This document shows positions 20,512 through 30,894 of a stretch of DNA of 64,000 bases, piece by piece. Both the position numbers and the translations under genes were made by a program. Origin of the DNA: an uncultured delta proteobacterium (GTDB lineage Bacteria > Desulfobacterota > Binatia > Binatales > Binataceae); contig CAVXXK010000006.1 in the NCBI GenBank assembly GCA_963765675.1, positions 256,001-320,000 on the forward strand. Direction: 5' to 3'. Under the pieces are notes generated by a model. The model made no database searches. It saw only the letters and a program-made list of their open reading frames with translations, and was not told the DNA's origin. The first letter of the stretch is position 1; each line of letters opens with the position of its first letter.

Positions 20512-21726
20512 ATGGATTTCCCGAGAATCAAACGCCTGCCGCCGTATGTTTTCAACGAGATTGGAGATCTGTGCCTGAAGGCGCGCCGGGCCGGCGAGGA
20601 CATTATCGACTTCGGCATGGGAAATCCCGACGAGGCCACTCCGCCGCATATCGTGGCGAAGCTGATCGAGGCGGCCGCCAAGGCGCCGAACCATCGCTAC
20701 TCGGTTTCACGCGGAGTGTACAAGCTCCGGCTCGCGATCACCGACTGGTACAAGCGGCGTTATGGGGTCGAACTCGATCCGGACGGTGAAGCGATCGTCA
20801 CGATCGGCTCGAAGGAGGGTATCGCGCATATGGCGCTGGCGATCCTCGACCAGGGCGACGTGGTGCTCGCGCCGACGCCGACTTATCCGATCCATCAGTA
20901 CGGATGCATCATCGCCGGCGCGCAAGTGCAGGGGGTGCCGATGCGCGCAACCGGTGAGGAATTTTACGAAGAGCTGACCGCGATCGTCAGCCGCACCTGG
21001 CCGCGGCCAAAATTTTTGATCATGAACTTTCCGCATAATCCGACCACGGCGACGGTGGATTTGCGCTTCATGAAGCGGGTCGCGGATTTTGCGCGCGAGA
21101 ACCAGATGATGGTCGCGCATGATTTCGCATACGCGGACCTGTGCTTCGACGGCTACGTTGCGCCATCGTTCATGCAGGTGCCGGGCGCCAAGGATATCGG
21201 GGTCGAGTTTTTCACGCTCTCAAAGAGCTACAATATGCCCGGATGGCGGGTCGGCTTCGCGGTAGGAAATCGAGAGATGATCGGCGCGCTCGCGCGGATG
21301 AAATCGTACCTCGACTACGGGATGTTCGCTCCCGTGCAGGTCGCGGCGATCGCGGCGCTCAACGGTCCGCAGGAGTGCGTCTCGGAGATCAACGCGACCT
21401 ACAAACGCCGCCGCGACGTTCTGGTGGAAGGGCTGGTGCGTGCGGGATGGCCAGTGGAGAAGCCGCGCGCCACTATGTTCGTGTGGGCGCCGATTCCGGA
21501 GGCATTCCGCCACATGGGCTCGATCGCGTTTGCCAAATTCCTGTTGTCCGAAGCCAAAGTCGCGGTTTCGCCGGGCGTCGGATTTGGCGCCGACGGCGAT
21601 GGCTTCGTTCGGTTCGCGCTGATCGAGAATGAACACCGCACGCGCCAGGCTGTGCGCGGAATCCGTCACGCCCTTTCGAGCGCCGGCGCTGGCGCCCCGG
21701 CGCGCCGCGCCGCGAGTGTCTCCTGA
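20512..21726 (+). CDS. alaC: Class I PLP aminotransferase (AlaC-like)
   Basis: [48 protein letters not shown]. Typical position upstream of hom. Confidence 0.88.
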   Translation: MDFPRIKRLPPYVFNEIGDLCLKARRAGEDIIDFGMGNPDEATPPHIVAKLIEAAAKAPNHRYSVSRGVYKLRLAITDWYKRRYGVELDPDGEAIVTIGSKEGIAHMALAILDQGDVVLAPTPTYPIHQYGCIIAGAQVQGVPMRATGEEFYEELTAIVSRTWPRPKFLIMNFPHNPTTATVDLRFMKRVADFARENQMMVAHDFAYADLCFDGYVAPSFMQVPGAKDIGVEFFTLSKSYNMPGWRVGFAVGNREMIGALARMKSYLDYGMFAPVQVAAIAALNGPQECVSEINATYKRRRDVLVEGLVRAGWPVEKPRATMFVWAPIPEAFRHMGSIAFAKFLLSEAKVAVSPGVGFGADGDGFVRFALIENEHRTRQAVRGIRHALSSAGAGAPARRAASVS

Positions 21727-21754
21727 ACGGCCGCGATCTTCACGGCGGTCAAAT

Positions 21755-23062
21755 TTGAAACCGATTCGGATAGCCCTGCTCGGATGCGGCACGGTCGGCG
21801 GCGGCGTGGTCAGGCTGCTGCGTGCCAATGCCGCCGCGTATGCGCATAAGCTCGGCACTCCGCTCGAACTTGCGGCAGTCGCCGATCGCAGCCTCAAACC
21901 CGATCGCGCGCTTGGCCTCTCCAGCAAACTGATTACGCGAGACGCCGCCGCGCTGGTGGTGCGCAAGGACATAGATATAGTCGTCGAGCTGTTCGGCGGT
22001 ACGGAGCCCGCGCGCAGCTTGATCTTGAAGGCGCTCGCAGCGGGCAAGGACGTCGTGACCGGAAACAAGGCGATGCTCGCGGAGCATGGCGCCGAGATCT
22101 TCGGCACCGCCGCGCGCCACGGCCGCAGCGTTGGCTTTGAAGCGAGCGTCGGCGGCGGTATCCCGATTATCCGCATCCTGCGCGAGGGGCTGGTCGGCGA
22201 CCGCCATCGCGCCGTGTACGGAATCGTCAACGGCACCTGCAACTCGATTCTCACTACGATGAGCGCGAGCGGCGCGGAGTTCAAAGATGCGCTCGCGGCG
22301 GCGCAGCGCGCAGGCCTTGCGGAACCCGACCCGAGCCTCGATGTTGGTGGTCACGACGCCGCGCACAAGCTGTGCCTGCTGGCCGCGCTGGCGTTCGGCG
22401 TGATGCTCAAGCCCGCGCAGGTGCATACCGAGGGCATCACGCGAATCACGCAGGACGATATCGTCTATGCGCGCGAGCTCGGTTATGTGACCAAGCTGCT
22501 CGCGATCGCAAAGGAAGACCAAGGCGTGATCGAGGCACGGGTGCATCCGACGCTGCTTCCGCGCGACCACGTTTTGGCGAGCATCAACGACGCCTACAAT
22601 GCGATCTATATCGACGGCGTGGCGCTGGGCACCACGCTCTACTCCGGCTTCGGCGCGGGGCAGATGCCGAGCGCGACTGCGGTGCTTGCCGATATAATGG
22701 AAATCGCGCGCGAGCGCCGCGCGGGCGGCTCCGGACGCGCGCACGCGCTGGGGCATCCTGTCGAGCTTATCGGCAAGGCCCGTGTCAAGCCGATGGACGA
22801 CGTGGTATGCGAATACTACCTGCGTTTCATGGCGCGCGACGTGCCGGGAGTGCTCGGCGCAATCGCGTCGGTTTTGGGACGCAGCGGGATTTCGATAGCG
22901 TCGGTTATCCAGAAGGGCCGCGGAGGGAAAAAGACCGTGCCGGTGATCATGCGAACCCATTCCGCGCCCGAGCGCAACCTGGTTCGCGCGCTCGAGCGTA
23001 TTGAGCGCACCCCGATGGTGGACGCGCGGCCGGCATTCATCCGGATCGAGGAGAATTTGTAA
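21755..23062 (+). CDS. hom: Homoserine dehydrogenase with ACT domain
   Basis: [43 protein letters not shown]-terminal YYLRF..DVPGVL. Confidence 0.95.
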   Translation: MKPIRIALLGCGTVGGGVVRLLRANAAAYAHKLGTPLELAAVADRSLKPDRALGLSSKLITRDAAALVVRKDIDIVVELFGGTEPARSLILKALAAGKDVVTGNKAMLAEHGAEIFGTAARHGRSVGFEASVGGGIPIIRILREGLVGDRHRAVYGIVNGTCNSILTTMSASGAEFKDALAAAQRAGLAEPDPSLDVGGHDAAHKLCLLAALAFGVMLKPAQVHTEGITRITQDDIVYARELGYVTKLLAIAKEDQGVIEARVHPTLLPRDHVLASINDAYNAIYIDGVALGTTLYSGFGAGQMPSATAVLADIMEIARERRAGGSGRAHALGHPVELIGKARVKPMDDVVCEYYLRFMARDVPGVLGAIASVLGRSGISIASVIQKGRGGKKTVPVIMRTHSAPERNLVRALERIERTPMVDARPAFIRIEENL

Positions 23063-23067
23063 ACCCG

Positions 23068-24171
23068 ATGGCCGAGCAGAGCCAATATCGAGACAATCCT
23101 CCCCGGCTCAACCGATGGCCCGGGCTGATCGAGTATTACCGGCGTTTCCTTCCGGTGACCGACGACACTCCGGTCGTGACCCTGAACGAGGGCAACACGC
23201 CGCTCGTCGAAGCTCCGCAGCTCGCGGACCGGCTCGGCCCGAACGTCAAGGTTTACTTGAAGTGTGAAGGCTCCAACCCGACCGGTTCGTTCAAGGACCG
23301 CGGGATGACGCTGGCGATCTCGAAAGCGCTCGGCGAAGGCGCCAAGGCCGTCATCTGCGCCTCGACCGGCAACACCGCCGCGTCAGCGGCCGCCTATGCG
23401 GGCCGCGCCGGTCTGCGCGCGTTCGTGCTGATTCCCAAGGGCGCGGTCGCACTCGGCAAGCTTTCGCAATCGGTAATGCACGGGGCCAAGGTCCTCGAGA
23501 TCATCGGCAATTTCGACATCTGCCTCAAGGTAGTGCGCGATCTGGCCGAGCGCGATCCGCTGCGGATCCGGCTGGTGAACAGCGTTAATCCCGATCGAAT
23601 CGCGGGGCAGAAGACCGCCGCATTCGAGATTTGCGACGCGCTCGGCGACGCGCCGACGCATCATTTTTTGCCGGTCGGCAATGCCGGAAACATCACCGCG
23701 TACTGGGCCGGTTATCGCGAATACAAATCGGTAGGACGATCCGAGCGTCTGCCGAAGATGATGGGTTACCAGGCGGCGGAGTCCGCGCCGATCGTGATCG
23801 GGCATCCGATCGATGACCCGCACACGGTCGCGACCGCGATCAAGATCGGCAATCCCGCGAGCTGGACCGGCGCGACCGGCGCGCGCGACGAATCCGCCGG
23901 CATTATCGACATGGTGACTGACGCCGAGATTCTTGCAGCCTATCGTTTGATCGCGGCGGGCGGCGTGTTCGCCGAACCAGCTTCGGCTGCGTCGGTCGCG
24001 GGTTTGATAAAGTACGGCGCGTCGGGTGCGATCAAGCCGGGGTCGGTATGCGTGTGCACATTGACGGGCCACGGTCTTAAGGATCCCGACACGGCGCTTA
24101 AGAATCTGTCGAACACGATCGTACTCGAGCCCGATATCAAGAAGCTGATGAAGATCATCGAGCAGGGTTAG
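23068..24171 (+). CDS. thrC: Threonine synthase
   Basis: [40 protein letters not shown]. Confidence 0.96.
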   Translation: MAEQSQYRDNPPRLNRWPGLIEYYRRFLPVTDDTPVVTLNEGNTPLVEAPQLADRLGPNVKVYLKCEGSNPTGSFKDRGMTLAISKALGEGAKAVICASTGNTAASAAAYAGRAGLRAFVLIPKGAVALGKLSQSVMHGAKVLEIIGNFDICLKVVRDLAERDPLRIRLVNSVNPDRIAGQKTAAFEICDALGDAPTHHFLPVGNAGNITAYWAGYREYKSVGRSERLPKMMGYQAAESAPIVIGHPIDDPHTVATAIKIGNPASWTGATGARDESAGIIDMVTDAEILAAYRLIAAGGVFAEPASAASVAGLIKYGASGAIKPGSVCVCTLTGHGLKDPDTALKNLSNTIVLEPDIKKLMKIIEQG

Positions 24172-24191
24172 CGGGAATTCAGGACATCAGC

Positions 24192-25421
24192 ATGAAGTAC
24201 GTAATTATCCACGGTGACGGCATGGCCGACTGGCCGTGCGACGAGTTGGGCGGAAAAACGCCGCTCGAAGCCGCGAACAAACCCAACATGGATCTGCTCG
24301 CGACGCGCGGAATCCTCGGGCTGACCGCCACGATCCCAGCCGGGATGCCGTCGGGCAGCGACGTCGGCACGATGTCGATGCTCGGGTACGACCCTCGGCG
24401 GTATCACACCGGACGCGCGCCGATCGAGGCCGCGAGCCAGGGGATTGCGATGGGGCCGGCCGACGTTGTGTTCCGCATGAACCTGGTCTCGCTAGCTCCT
24501 GGAGCGGGCGGCGCGCAGATAATGAGCGATTTCACCGCGGGACATATCAGCAGCGAAGAGGCGGCGCGGATCGTCGATGATCTGCGCCGCGAGCTTGGCG
24601 GTGACGGAATCGAGTTCTTTGGCGGCGTCAGCTATCGTCATCTGATGGTGTGGCGCAATGGAATCGGCAACACCAGGCTTACTCCGCCGCACGACATTTC
24701 CGGCAAGGAAATAGCTGCGCATCTTCCTGAGGGTGAAGGTTCGGAACGCCTGCGCGATCTGATGAAACGCGCCGCCGCGATTCTCGCGCGTCATCGCGTG
24801 AATGCGGCCCGCCGCGCCGCGGGCAAGCCAGAGGCGACCTCGGTGTGGTTCTGGGGGCAGGGGACGCGTCCCGCGGTGCCGACGCTGAAAGAGCGTTTCG
24901 GAATCGACGGCTCGGTAATCTCGGCGGTCGATCTGGTCAACGGAATCGGGCGGCTTGCGGGGCTTGCGCCAATCAAGGTGCCGGGAGCGACCGGGTTTCT
25001 CGATACCGACTACGGCGCGAAGGCGCGCTACGGCCTCGAGTCGCTCAAGAATCACGATTTCCTGCTGCTGCATATCGAAGCGCCCGATGAGGCCGGGCAT
25101 ATGGGCCGCGCGGATTTGAAAACCGAAGCGATCGAGAAAATCGACGAATTGATAATCGGTCCGATGCTTCCGGCGCTGGCCGCGATGGGCGAGTTCGCGA
25201 TTCTGCTCCAGCCCGATCACGCGACCCCGTCGAAGCTGAAGACCCACTCGCCCGAGCCGGTTCCGTTCGCGCTGCTCACCTCCAGGACTTATGCGCGCAA
25301 GGATGCTCCGGCGCGCCGTTACACGGAAGCCTCGGGAAAGAGCACCGGGATTGAAGTTCGCGACGGGTACCGATTAATCGAATCGCTCTTGGGAAAAGGT
25401 GGCGTTCTCGGCCACGCGTGA
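24192..25421 (+). CDS. Cofactor-independent phosphoglycerate mutase family (ApgM-like; candidate alternative homoserine kinase)
   Basis: GDGMAD, KTPLEAA, GSD, GRAPIEA, HIEAPDEAGH, PDHATP..H..PVP. Confidence 0.88.
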   Translation: MKYVIIHGDGMADWPCDELGGKTPLEAANKPNMDLLATRGILGLTATIPAGMPSGSDVGTMSMLGYDPRRYHTGRAPIEAASQGIAMGPADVVFRMNLVSLAPGAGGAQIMSDFTAGHISSEEAARIVDDLRRELGGDGIEFFGGVSYRHLMVWRNGIGNTRLTPPHDISGKEIAAHLPEGEGSERLRDLMKRAAAILARHRVNAARRAAGKPEATSVWFWGQGTRPAVPTLKERFGIDGSVISAVDLVNGIGRLAGLAPIKVPGATGFLDTDYGAKARYGLESLKNHDFLLLHIEAPDEAGHMGRADLKTEAIEKIDELIIGPMLPALAAMGEFAILLQPDHATPSKLKTHSPEPVPFALLTSRTYARKDAPARRYTEASGKSTGIEVRDGYRLIESLLGKGGVLGHA

Positions 25422-25433
25422 ACGGGAGGAACG

Positions 25434-26387
25434 ATGGAACGCAATCTCGCTCTCGAAGTGGTGCGCGCCACCGAGGCTGCGGCTCTGGCCGCCGCGCGCT
25501 TTATCGGCAAAGGCGACGAGCGCACCGCGGATCGCGCGGCGCAGGACGCGATGCGCAAGACGCTCAACTCGGTCGCGATGGACGGCAAGATCGTCATCGG
25601 CGAGGGTACTGCGGACGAAGCCGAGTTCCTCTACCAGGGCGAGATCGTCGGCAACGGCGCCGGGCCCGAGGTCGATGTCGCGCTCGATGCGCTCGAGGGC
25701 TCGCTCATCTGCGCGACCGGCGGTCCCAACGCGCTGTCATGCGTCGCGCTGTCGGAGCGCGGCAAGATCCTGCGCTGCCCGGACACTTACATGGACAAGA
25801 TCGCGGTCGGGCTGGTCGGGCGCGACGTGGTCGACCTGGACCGCTCGCCGACCGACAATCTCAAAGCGCTGGCCGACGCGAAAAAGGTTTACGTCGAGGA
25901 TCTGCGCGTCGCAATTCTCGATCGTCCGCGCCATGAAAAACTGATTGCCGAGGTCCGCCGCGCCGGCGCCGGAATCAAGCTGCTCTCGGCCGGTGACCTT
26001 TCCGCCGCGATCGCGACCACCCGGCCCGAAAGCGAAATCGACATGCTGATCGGTGTTGGCGGAGCGCATCAGGGCGTGCTGGCCGCGGCTGCGATCCGCT
26101 CGGTCGGCGGACAGATGCAGTGCCGCTTCGTGCCGCGCAATCCGCAGGAGGCCGAGGAGTGCCTCGCGATGGGAATCATGGACTTGAAGCGCCGCTACAC
26201 GCTCGAGGAGCTCGCGGGCGACAACGTGATGTTCGCGGCTACGGGCGTTACCACCGGCGACTACTTGCGCGGCGTGCGATTTTTCTCCGGCGGCGCGATG
26301 ACCAACAGCGTCGTGATGCGCTCGACCACGCGCACGGCGCGTTTTATCGAGGCGATTCATCATTTCGATTTTAAGCCGGAATACTAA
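25434..26387 (+). CDS. glpX: Class II fructose-1,6-bisphosphatase
   Basis: RNLALEVVRATEAAALAA, IVIGEG, DTYMDKI, LDRPRH, FAATGVT. Confidence 0.93.
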   Translation: MERNLALEVVRATEAAALAAARFIGKGDERTADRAAQDAMRKTLNSVAMDGKIVIGEGTADEAEFLYQGEIVGNGAGPEVDVALDALEGSLICATGGPNALSCVALSERGKILRCPDTYMDKIAVGLVGRDVVDLDRSPTDNLKALADAKKVYVEDLRVAILDRPRHEKLIAEVRRAGAGIKLLSAGDLSAAIATTRPESEIDMLIGVGGAHQGVLAAAAIRSVGGQMQCRFVPRNPQEAEECLAMGIMDLKRRYTLEELAGDNVMFAATGVTTGDYLRGVRFFSGGAMTNSVVMRSTTRTARFIEAIHHFDFKPEY

Positions 26388-26416
26388 TCTTCAATTCCGG
26401 CGCAAAGGGAGGGATC

Positions 26417-26857
26417 ATGAAGCGTATTCTTTTCTCGGCGATCAGATCGCTTACCGGAGTCTTCGTTCTGGCGGTGATCCTCGCAGCATGCAGCGCGGCG
26501 GGTACAGCGAAACAAAACGACGCCAAAATCGGCTGCAACTTCGATGCGAACAAGGTCTGTCAGGGCGCTCTGACACGTCCGGTATCAACCGCGCAGGGCT
26601 TCACCACCAGCAATCAGAGCTACATTACGCAGAACAGTCTCGCGACAACCTGGGTGATGGTGCCGGTCAAGGCGCCTGGCGGGTCCGAGGTCGATGTGCA
26701 ATGCCAGGTTAACTATGGCAAGAAGCAAGTCATCTATGCGTATCCGACTGCGAGCGGCACTGTCTCCGATAGCGATCGGCAATGGTTTCATCAGACCGGA
26801 ATGTGCATGGGGACCGAGGGCACTGAGGCGACACCCAAGATCGGCGCGCAGGAATAA
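26417..26857 (+). CDS. Hypothetical lipoprotein
   Basis: GGAGGG RBS, lipobox LAA-C and four further Cys. Confidence 0.7.
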   Translation: MKRILFSAIRSLTGVFVLAVILAACSAAGTAKQNDAKIGCNFDANKVCQGALTRPVSTAQGFTTSNQSYITQNSLATTWVMVPVKAPGGSEVDVQCQVNYGKKQVIYAYPTASGTVSDSDRQWFHQTGMCMGTEGTEATPKIGAQE

Positions 26858-26943
26858 TCAGGCGTTTCGAGGATTATCGCTGACTGGCTAATCCCGCGAT
26901 TGCACAACCTCATTCGCCTAAAGACAAGCGAGGATAAGCCAGC

Positions 26944-27129
26944 ATGTGGACCCAATTTACTATTGATGGAAAGACCGTCCTTGTGAACATGGCGATGGTC
27001 TCGCATGTGCTGGAACTGGCTGACGGGCAGCGCGGATGCAAACTATTCATCGCGCCGGATTATTTCCTCACCGTCGATCAGGTGATGCGCGAGGTGATGA
27101 CGCGGCTCGGGATCGATCCGCGCAACTGA
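26944..27129 (+). CDS. Small hypothetical protein, weakly FlbD/SwrD-like
   Basis: GAGG RBS. IDGKTVLVN..VSHV..LTVDQVMREVM recalls the FlbD-family pattern. Confidence 0.55.
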   Translation: MWTQFTIDGKTVLVNMAMVSHVLELADGQRGCKLFIAPDYFLTVDQVMREVMTRLGIDPRN

Positions 27130-27279
27130 TTTTTCATCCGCTTGCAGAAAATTGATAGTCAGCCCAGGCTTCCGGTGCTATCGTCCGAAAATATTCTCGA
27201 CCGGGAACGAAAGGGGGCCTGTTTGCGTTATCCAAAAGGGGTGCCGGTTTGCGATTCCGCTAGCAACTGTGACGAGCCT

Positions 27280-28506
27280 GTGCCGCGTCGGCTCAGGACG
27301 GTGAGTTGCGTTATCTCACTGCTTCTCTTGTTCGTCGCTGGATGCGGCGGCGGATCAGGATCGGGTTCAGGATCGCCGTCCGCGGGTATCGTTCACTTTG
27401 TTCCTAATTCGCATGCGTTCTGGAGCAAGCAGGCGAACTGGACGACCAGTTTCGGTCCGGCATACGCCGACATCACGACGGCGAGTTCCAACTTTTTGCC
27501 GTGCAGAGGCGGACCGTTTGCGCTCTGCTACTACTCGGGTCCGAGCAACGGCAACGAAGACCTGTCCTGCACGCTGACCGCCGATGGCAAATACGCCAAC
27601 TGCCGATGCTACGAAATTCCGTACGGCGTGTACTTCGTAGATATCAACGCGATCCTGAACCGATCCGTCTATCAAAACACTGTAGCCACATGCGGAGTGG
27701 ACGGCAGCCTGTGCGGAAAGATGAACTCGGCGCCGGTGTGCCAATCGGTTAATCAAGGAACCTTGATTCCCGGCACCGGGGTTTACTCGACCTTCAGCTT
27801 CGATTGCGTCCCGACCGACGGAATCGGCGTGACCAATTGTTCCACCTCGCAGTACGCCGGATGCATGACCGCGCCGTGCTTCAAGACCGGCCAGCCGCAG
27901 ATCGATAGCTGCTCGTGCCCGGTCTTCAACGGTCCTTACCAGGTTGGGACGAACAACCAGGCATGCACTCTCGGCGACGATCTCGTCTGGTCGGCCGCGT
28001 ATGCCCCTCCGAGCGCCACACCAACCCCGGCCGCGACGTTTATCGCGCCGCCGAAGGTCGTGCAGGCCGCTGCCGCGGTCCCGAGTCCCGGAGCCTGCCT
28101 TCCGGATGCACCCGGAGGATACGGCTGCCCGCTCTATGTCCCCGGAACCACGGTCCTGCCGCCAAACAGCGGCGTCGACTGTTCGGTGGTCTGCTCGGAA
28201 TACAATACCTGCCAGCAGAAGGGCGGAGTCGAGACCGGCTACACCTGCGATGCGACGCTTTGCACCGACCAATGTAATGACCGCGATCTGCTCGGGACCG
28301 CGTGCTCGAATCTCGCGAAGTGCGACGTTTCGGAAATTATCAAAGCCGAAACCGCGGCCAGTTGCAGTTGCTGCGCGAGCCAGCTCTGCAATTGCGATTC
28401 GAGCGCACAGACCGATTCGGAGATTGCCGCGCTCAACCAGCAGCAGCGCGATCGAGGTATCGTCCCGCAGTGCGACGTCAACGGCACGCTCTGCGGCACA
28501 CCCTGA
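27280..28506 (+). CDS. Cysteine-rich lipoprotein
   Basis: GTG start, LLLLFVAG-C lipobox, GS linker, 32 Cys in the mature chain. Confidence 0.8.
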   Translation: MPRRLRTVSCVISLLLLFVAGCGGGSGSGSGSPSAGIVHFVPNSHAFWSKQANWTTSFGPAYADITTASSNFLPCRGGPFALCYYSGPSNGNEDLSCTLTADGKYANCRCYEIPYGVYFVDINAILNRSVYQNTVATCGVDGSLCGKMNSAPVCQSVNQGTLIPGTGVYSTFSFDCVPTDGIGVTNCSTSQYAGCMTAPCFKTGQPQIDSCSCPVFNGPYQVGTNNQACTLGDDLVWSAAYAPPSATPTPAATFIAPPKVVQAAAAVPSPGACLPDAPGGYGCPLYVPGTTVLPPNSGVDCSVVCSEYNTCQQKGGVETGYTCDATLCTDQCNDRDLLGTACSNLAKCDVSEIIKAETAASCSCCASQLCNCDSSAQTDSEIAALNQQQRDRGIVPQCDVNGTLCGTP

Positions 28507-28550
28507 CTCGAAGGCATAGCATATCCATCCCGCTGGGCTGCTAACGCGAC

Positions 28551-28731
28551 GGGCGAGATTCCTCGCGGTGTGCGCCGCGCGAGACGATCCGCGGGATGCG
28601 TAGATGGCGGTTGATTTGCGCTCGGAATGACAATTTGCGGGTGGCTTGTGTCATTCCGAGCGCGGCCAGGCACAGCGTATCGGAGCCGTGCGCGTCACAT
28701 CGAGTGCCGGGTATCGCGAGGAATCTCGCCC
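28551..28731. repeat. Nested palindromic REP-like element (GTCATTCCGAG/GAGGAATCTC type)
   Basis: 17-bp perfect IR at 28551-28567 and 28715-28731. Inner 15-bp perfect IR at 28618-28632 and 28649-28663. Confidence 0.75.
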
Positions 28732-28863
28732 TCGGCGCTCGCACCCCTTCCCCGAGCAAATCAGCCAATCACGCAAATCCTTTTGACGCGCGGCAGCATT
28801 TCCCAATTTCGGCGCGATACATGAGCCGGTGGCAATCGCTCGCGCCGCTGCTATAGATAGGAC

Positions 28864-29643
28864 ATGGAACTTGCCACGGTAATTTTCGACGCCGGTCCGA
28901 TCGCGACGCTCACCGTAAATCGGCCCAATGCTCTGAACGCGCTGAACCGCGAAGTCCTTGAAGACATCACGCGCGTCATCCGGGATATCCGCCACGACCC
29001 TTCCGTGCGCGTGCTGATAATCACGGGCGCCGGCGATCGCGCGTTTGTCGCGGGCGCCGATATCGCCGCGATGAGCAAGATGACCGCGGCGGAGGGCCTC
29101 GAATTCTCGCGGCTCGGGCATCGGACGCTGACCAGCCTCGAAGAGCTGCCGATTCCCGTTATCGCCGCGGTAAACGGCTTCGCACTCGGCGGGGGAACGG
29201 AGCTCGCGCTCGCGTGCGATCTTATAATCGCGAGCGAGAAAGCGCGTTTCGGCCAGCCCGAAATCAACCTGGGATTGATTCCCGGCTTCGGCGGCACGCA
29301 GCGGCTGGCGCATCGGATTGGCCACGCCAAAGCGCGCGAGCTGATCATGACTGGAGATATGCTCGACGCGAAGAGCGCGCTCGCGCTCGGACTGGCTATC
29401 CAGGTTGTCGCTCCCGCAGAGCTGATTGCAGCGGCGCGTGCGCTGGCCGACAAGCTCGTCTCGAAATCCGCGTTCGCGCTGCGCCAGGCCAAGGCTGCGC
29501 TGCGCGCGGCCGCGACGATGGAAGAGGACGCGGGACTGCGCTATGAGCAGGAAGCGTTCGGCGTGGTTTTCGCCAGCGAGGATCGCGTCGAGGGCACCTC
29601 TGCGTTTGTCGCCAAGCGTCCGCCCGCATGGAAGCATCGCTGA
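28864..29643 (+). CDS. Enoyl-CoA hydratase (crotonase)
   Basis: NRPNALNAL, AFVAGADI, GFALGGGTEL, GQPEINLGLIPGFGGTQRL. Confidence 0.93.
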   Translation: MELATVIFDAGPIATLTVNRPNALNALNREVLEDITRVIRDIRHDPSVRVLIITGAGDRAFVAGADIAAMSKMTAAEGLEFSRLGHRTLTSLEELPIPVIAAVNGFALGGGTELALACDLIIASEKARFGQPEINLGLIPGFGGTQRLAHRIGHAKARELIMTGDMLDAKSALALGLAIQVVAPAELIAAARALADKLVSKSAFALRQAKAALRAAATMEEDAGLRYEQEAFGVVFASEDRVEGTSAFVAKRPPAWKHR

Positions 29644-29727
29644 TAGAGCATCCGCTCTGAACGCCTGTTCCGAAACGGACGACTCCTTCTATCGACCCTG
29701 TCGGACTTCTACGCTAAAACTGAATCG

Positions 29728-30870
29728 ATGGACTTGGAACTCACTTCGGCGCAGAGCGCCGCGCGCGACACCGCGCGCCGGTTCGCCCGCGAGAAGCTCG
29801 AACCGATCGGCGTCGAATGCGACCGGACGCATCAGTTTCCGAAAACGGCGATCGACGAACTCGGCCGGCTCGGAATCCTCGGCACCTTTATCCCTGAGAA
29901 TTTCGGCGGCGCGGGCCTCGACCAGGTCGCCTACGCGCTCGTGGTCGAGGAGTTGGCTGTCGCCTGCGCTTCCACCGCCGTGATCGTCTCGGCGCATTGC
30001 TCGCTCGCGTCGTGGCCGATTCTTGGATTGGGTAGCGATAAGATGAAGGCGCAGTTCCTGCCGAAGATGGCCTCGGGCGAATGGCTCGGATGCTTCGCGC
30101 TCACGGAGCCGCAGGCAGGATCGGACGCTGCCGGGCAGAAGACTCGCGCGATTCTCGACGGCGACAGCTACGTTATCAATGGCACCAAGAATTTCATCAC
30201 CAATTCGCCGCAGGCGGGCGTCGCAATTGTGTTCGCGATGACCGCGCCGGAAAAGGGGCATCACGGAATCAGCGCGTTCGCGGTCGAGACCAGCTCACCG
30301 GGATGGACGGTCACGCGAGTCGAAGACAAGATGGGGATTCATGGCGCGCATTCTGCACAGCTCAGTTTCACCGATATGCGCGTGCCGCGCGAGAACTTGC
30401 TGATGGGCGAAGGCGAAGGCTTCAAGGTCGCGATGAAGACCCTGGACGGCGGGCGTATCGGAATCGCGGCGCAGGCGATCGGGATCGGACGCGCGTCGCT
30501 CGAAGCGTCGCTCAAATACGCGCAGGAGCGCCAGACCTTCGGGCGTCCGATCGCGCAGCATCAGGCGATCCAGTTCAAGCTCGCCGATATGGCATTGGCC
30601 GTGGACGCGGCCCGTCTGTTGACGCTGCGCGCGGCGGCGCTGAAGGACGCCGGCAAGCCTTGCACCAAGGAATCCGCGATGGCCAAGCTGTTTGCGGCTG
30701 AAACCGCAATGGAGGCCGCCACCGAAGCGATCCAGATCCATGGCGGCTACGGCTACACCCGTGAGTTCAAGGTCGAGCGCTATTTCCGCGACGCGAAGAT
30801 CACGGAAATCTACGAGGGCACGTCGGAAATCCAGCGCCTGGTTATCGCGGGCCAGGTTCTCGGACACTGA
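29728..30870 (+). CDS. Short-chain acyl-CoA dehydrogenase
   Basis: FALTEPQAGSDA, NGTKNFITN, GGRIGIAAQ, IHGGYGY, IYEGTSEIQR. Confidence 0.94.
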   Translation: MDLELTSAQSAARDTARRFAREKLEPIGVECDRTHQFPKTAIDELGRLGILGTFIPENFGGAGLDQVAYALVVEELAVACASTAVIVSAHCSLASWPILGLGSDKMKAQFLPKMASGEWLGCFALTEPQAGSDAAGQKTRAILDGDSYVINGTKNFITNSPQAGVAIVFAMTAPEKGHHGISAFAVETSSPGWTVTRVEDKMGIHGAHSAQLSFTDMRVPRENLLMGEGEGFKVAMKTLDGGRIGIAAQAIGIGRASLEASLKYAQERQTFGRPIAQHQAIQFKLADMALAVDAARLLTLRAAALKDAGKPCTKESAMAKLFAAETAMEAATEAIQIHGGYGYTREFKVERYFRDAKITEIYEGTSEIQRLVIAGQVLGH

Positions 30871-30894
30871 AATCCGGGTCGCGGTGAGGATAAC

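Noticed and set aside
27280-28506. Cys-rich protein as a multiheme cytochrome or Fe-S protein
   Set aside because: It has no CxxCH or ferredoxin CxxCxxC spacing. As an exported lipoprotein, disulfides are more likely.
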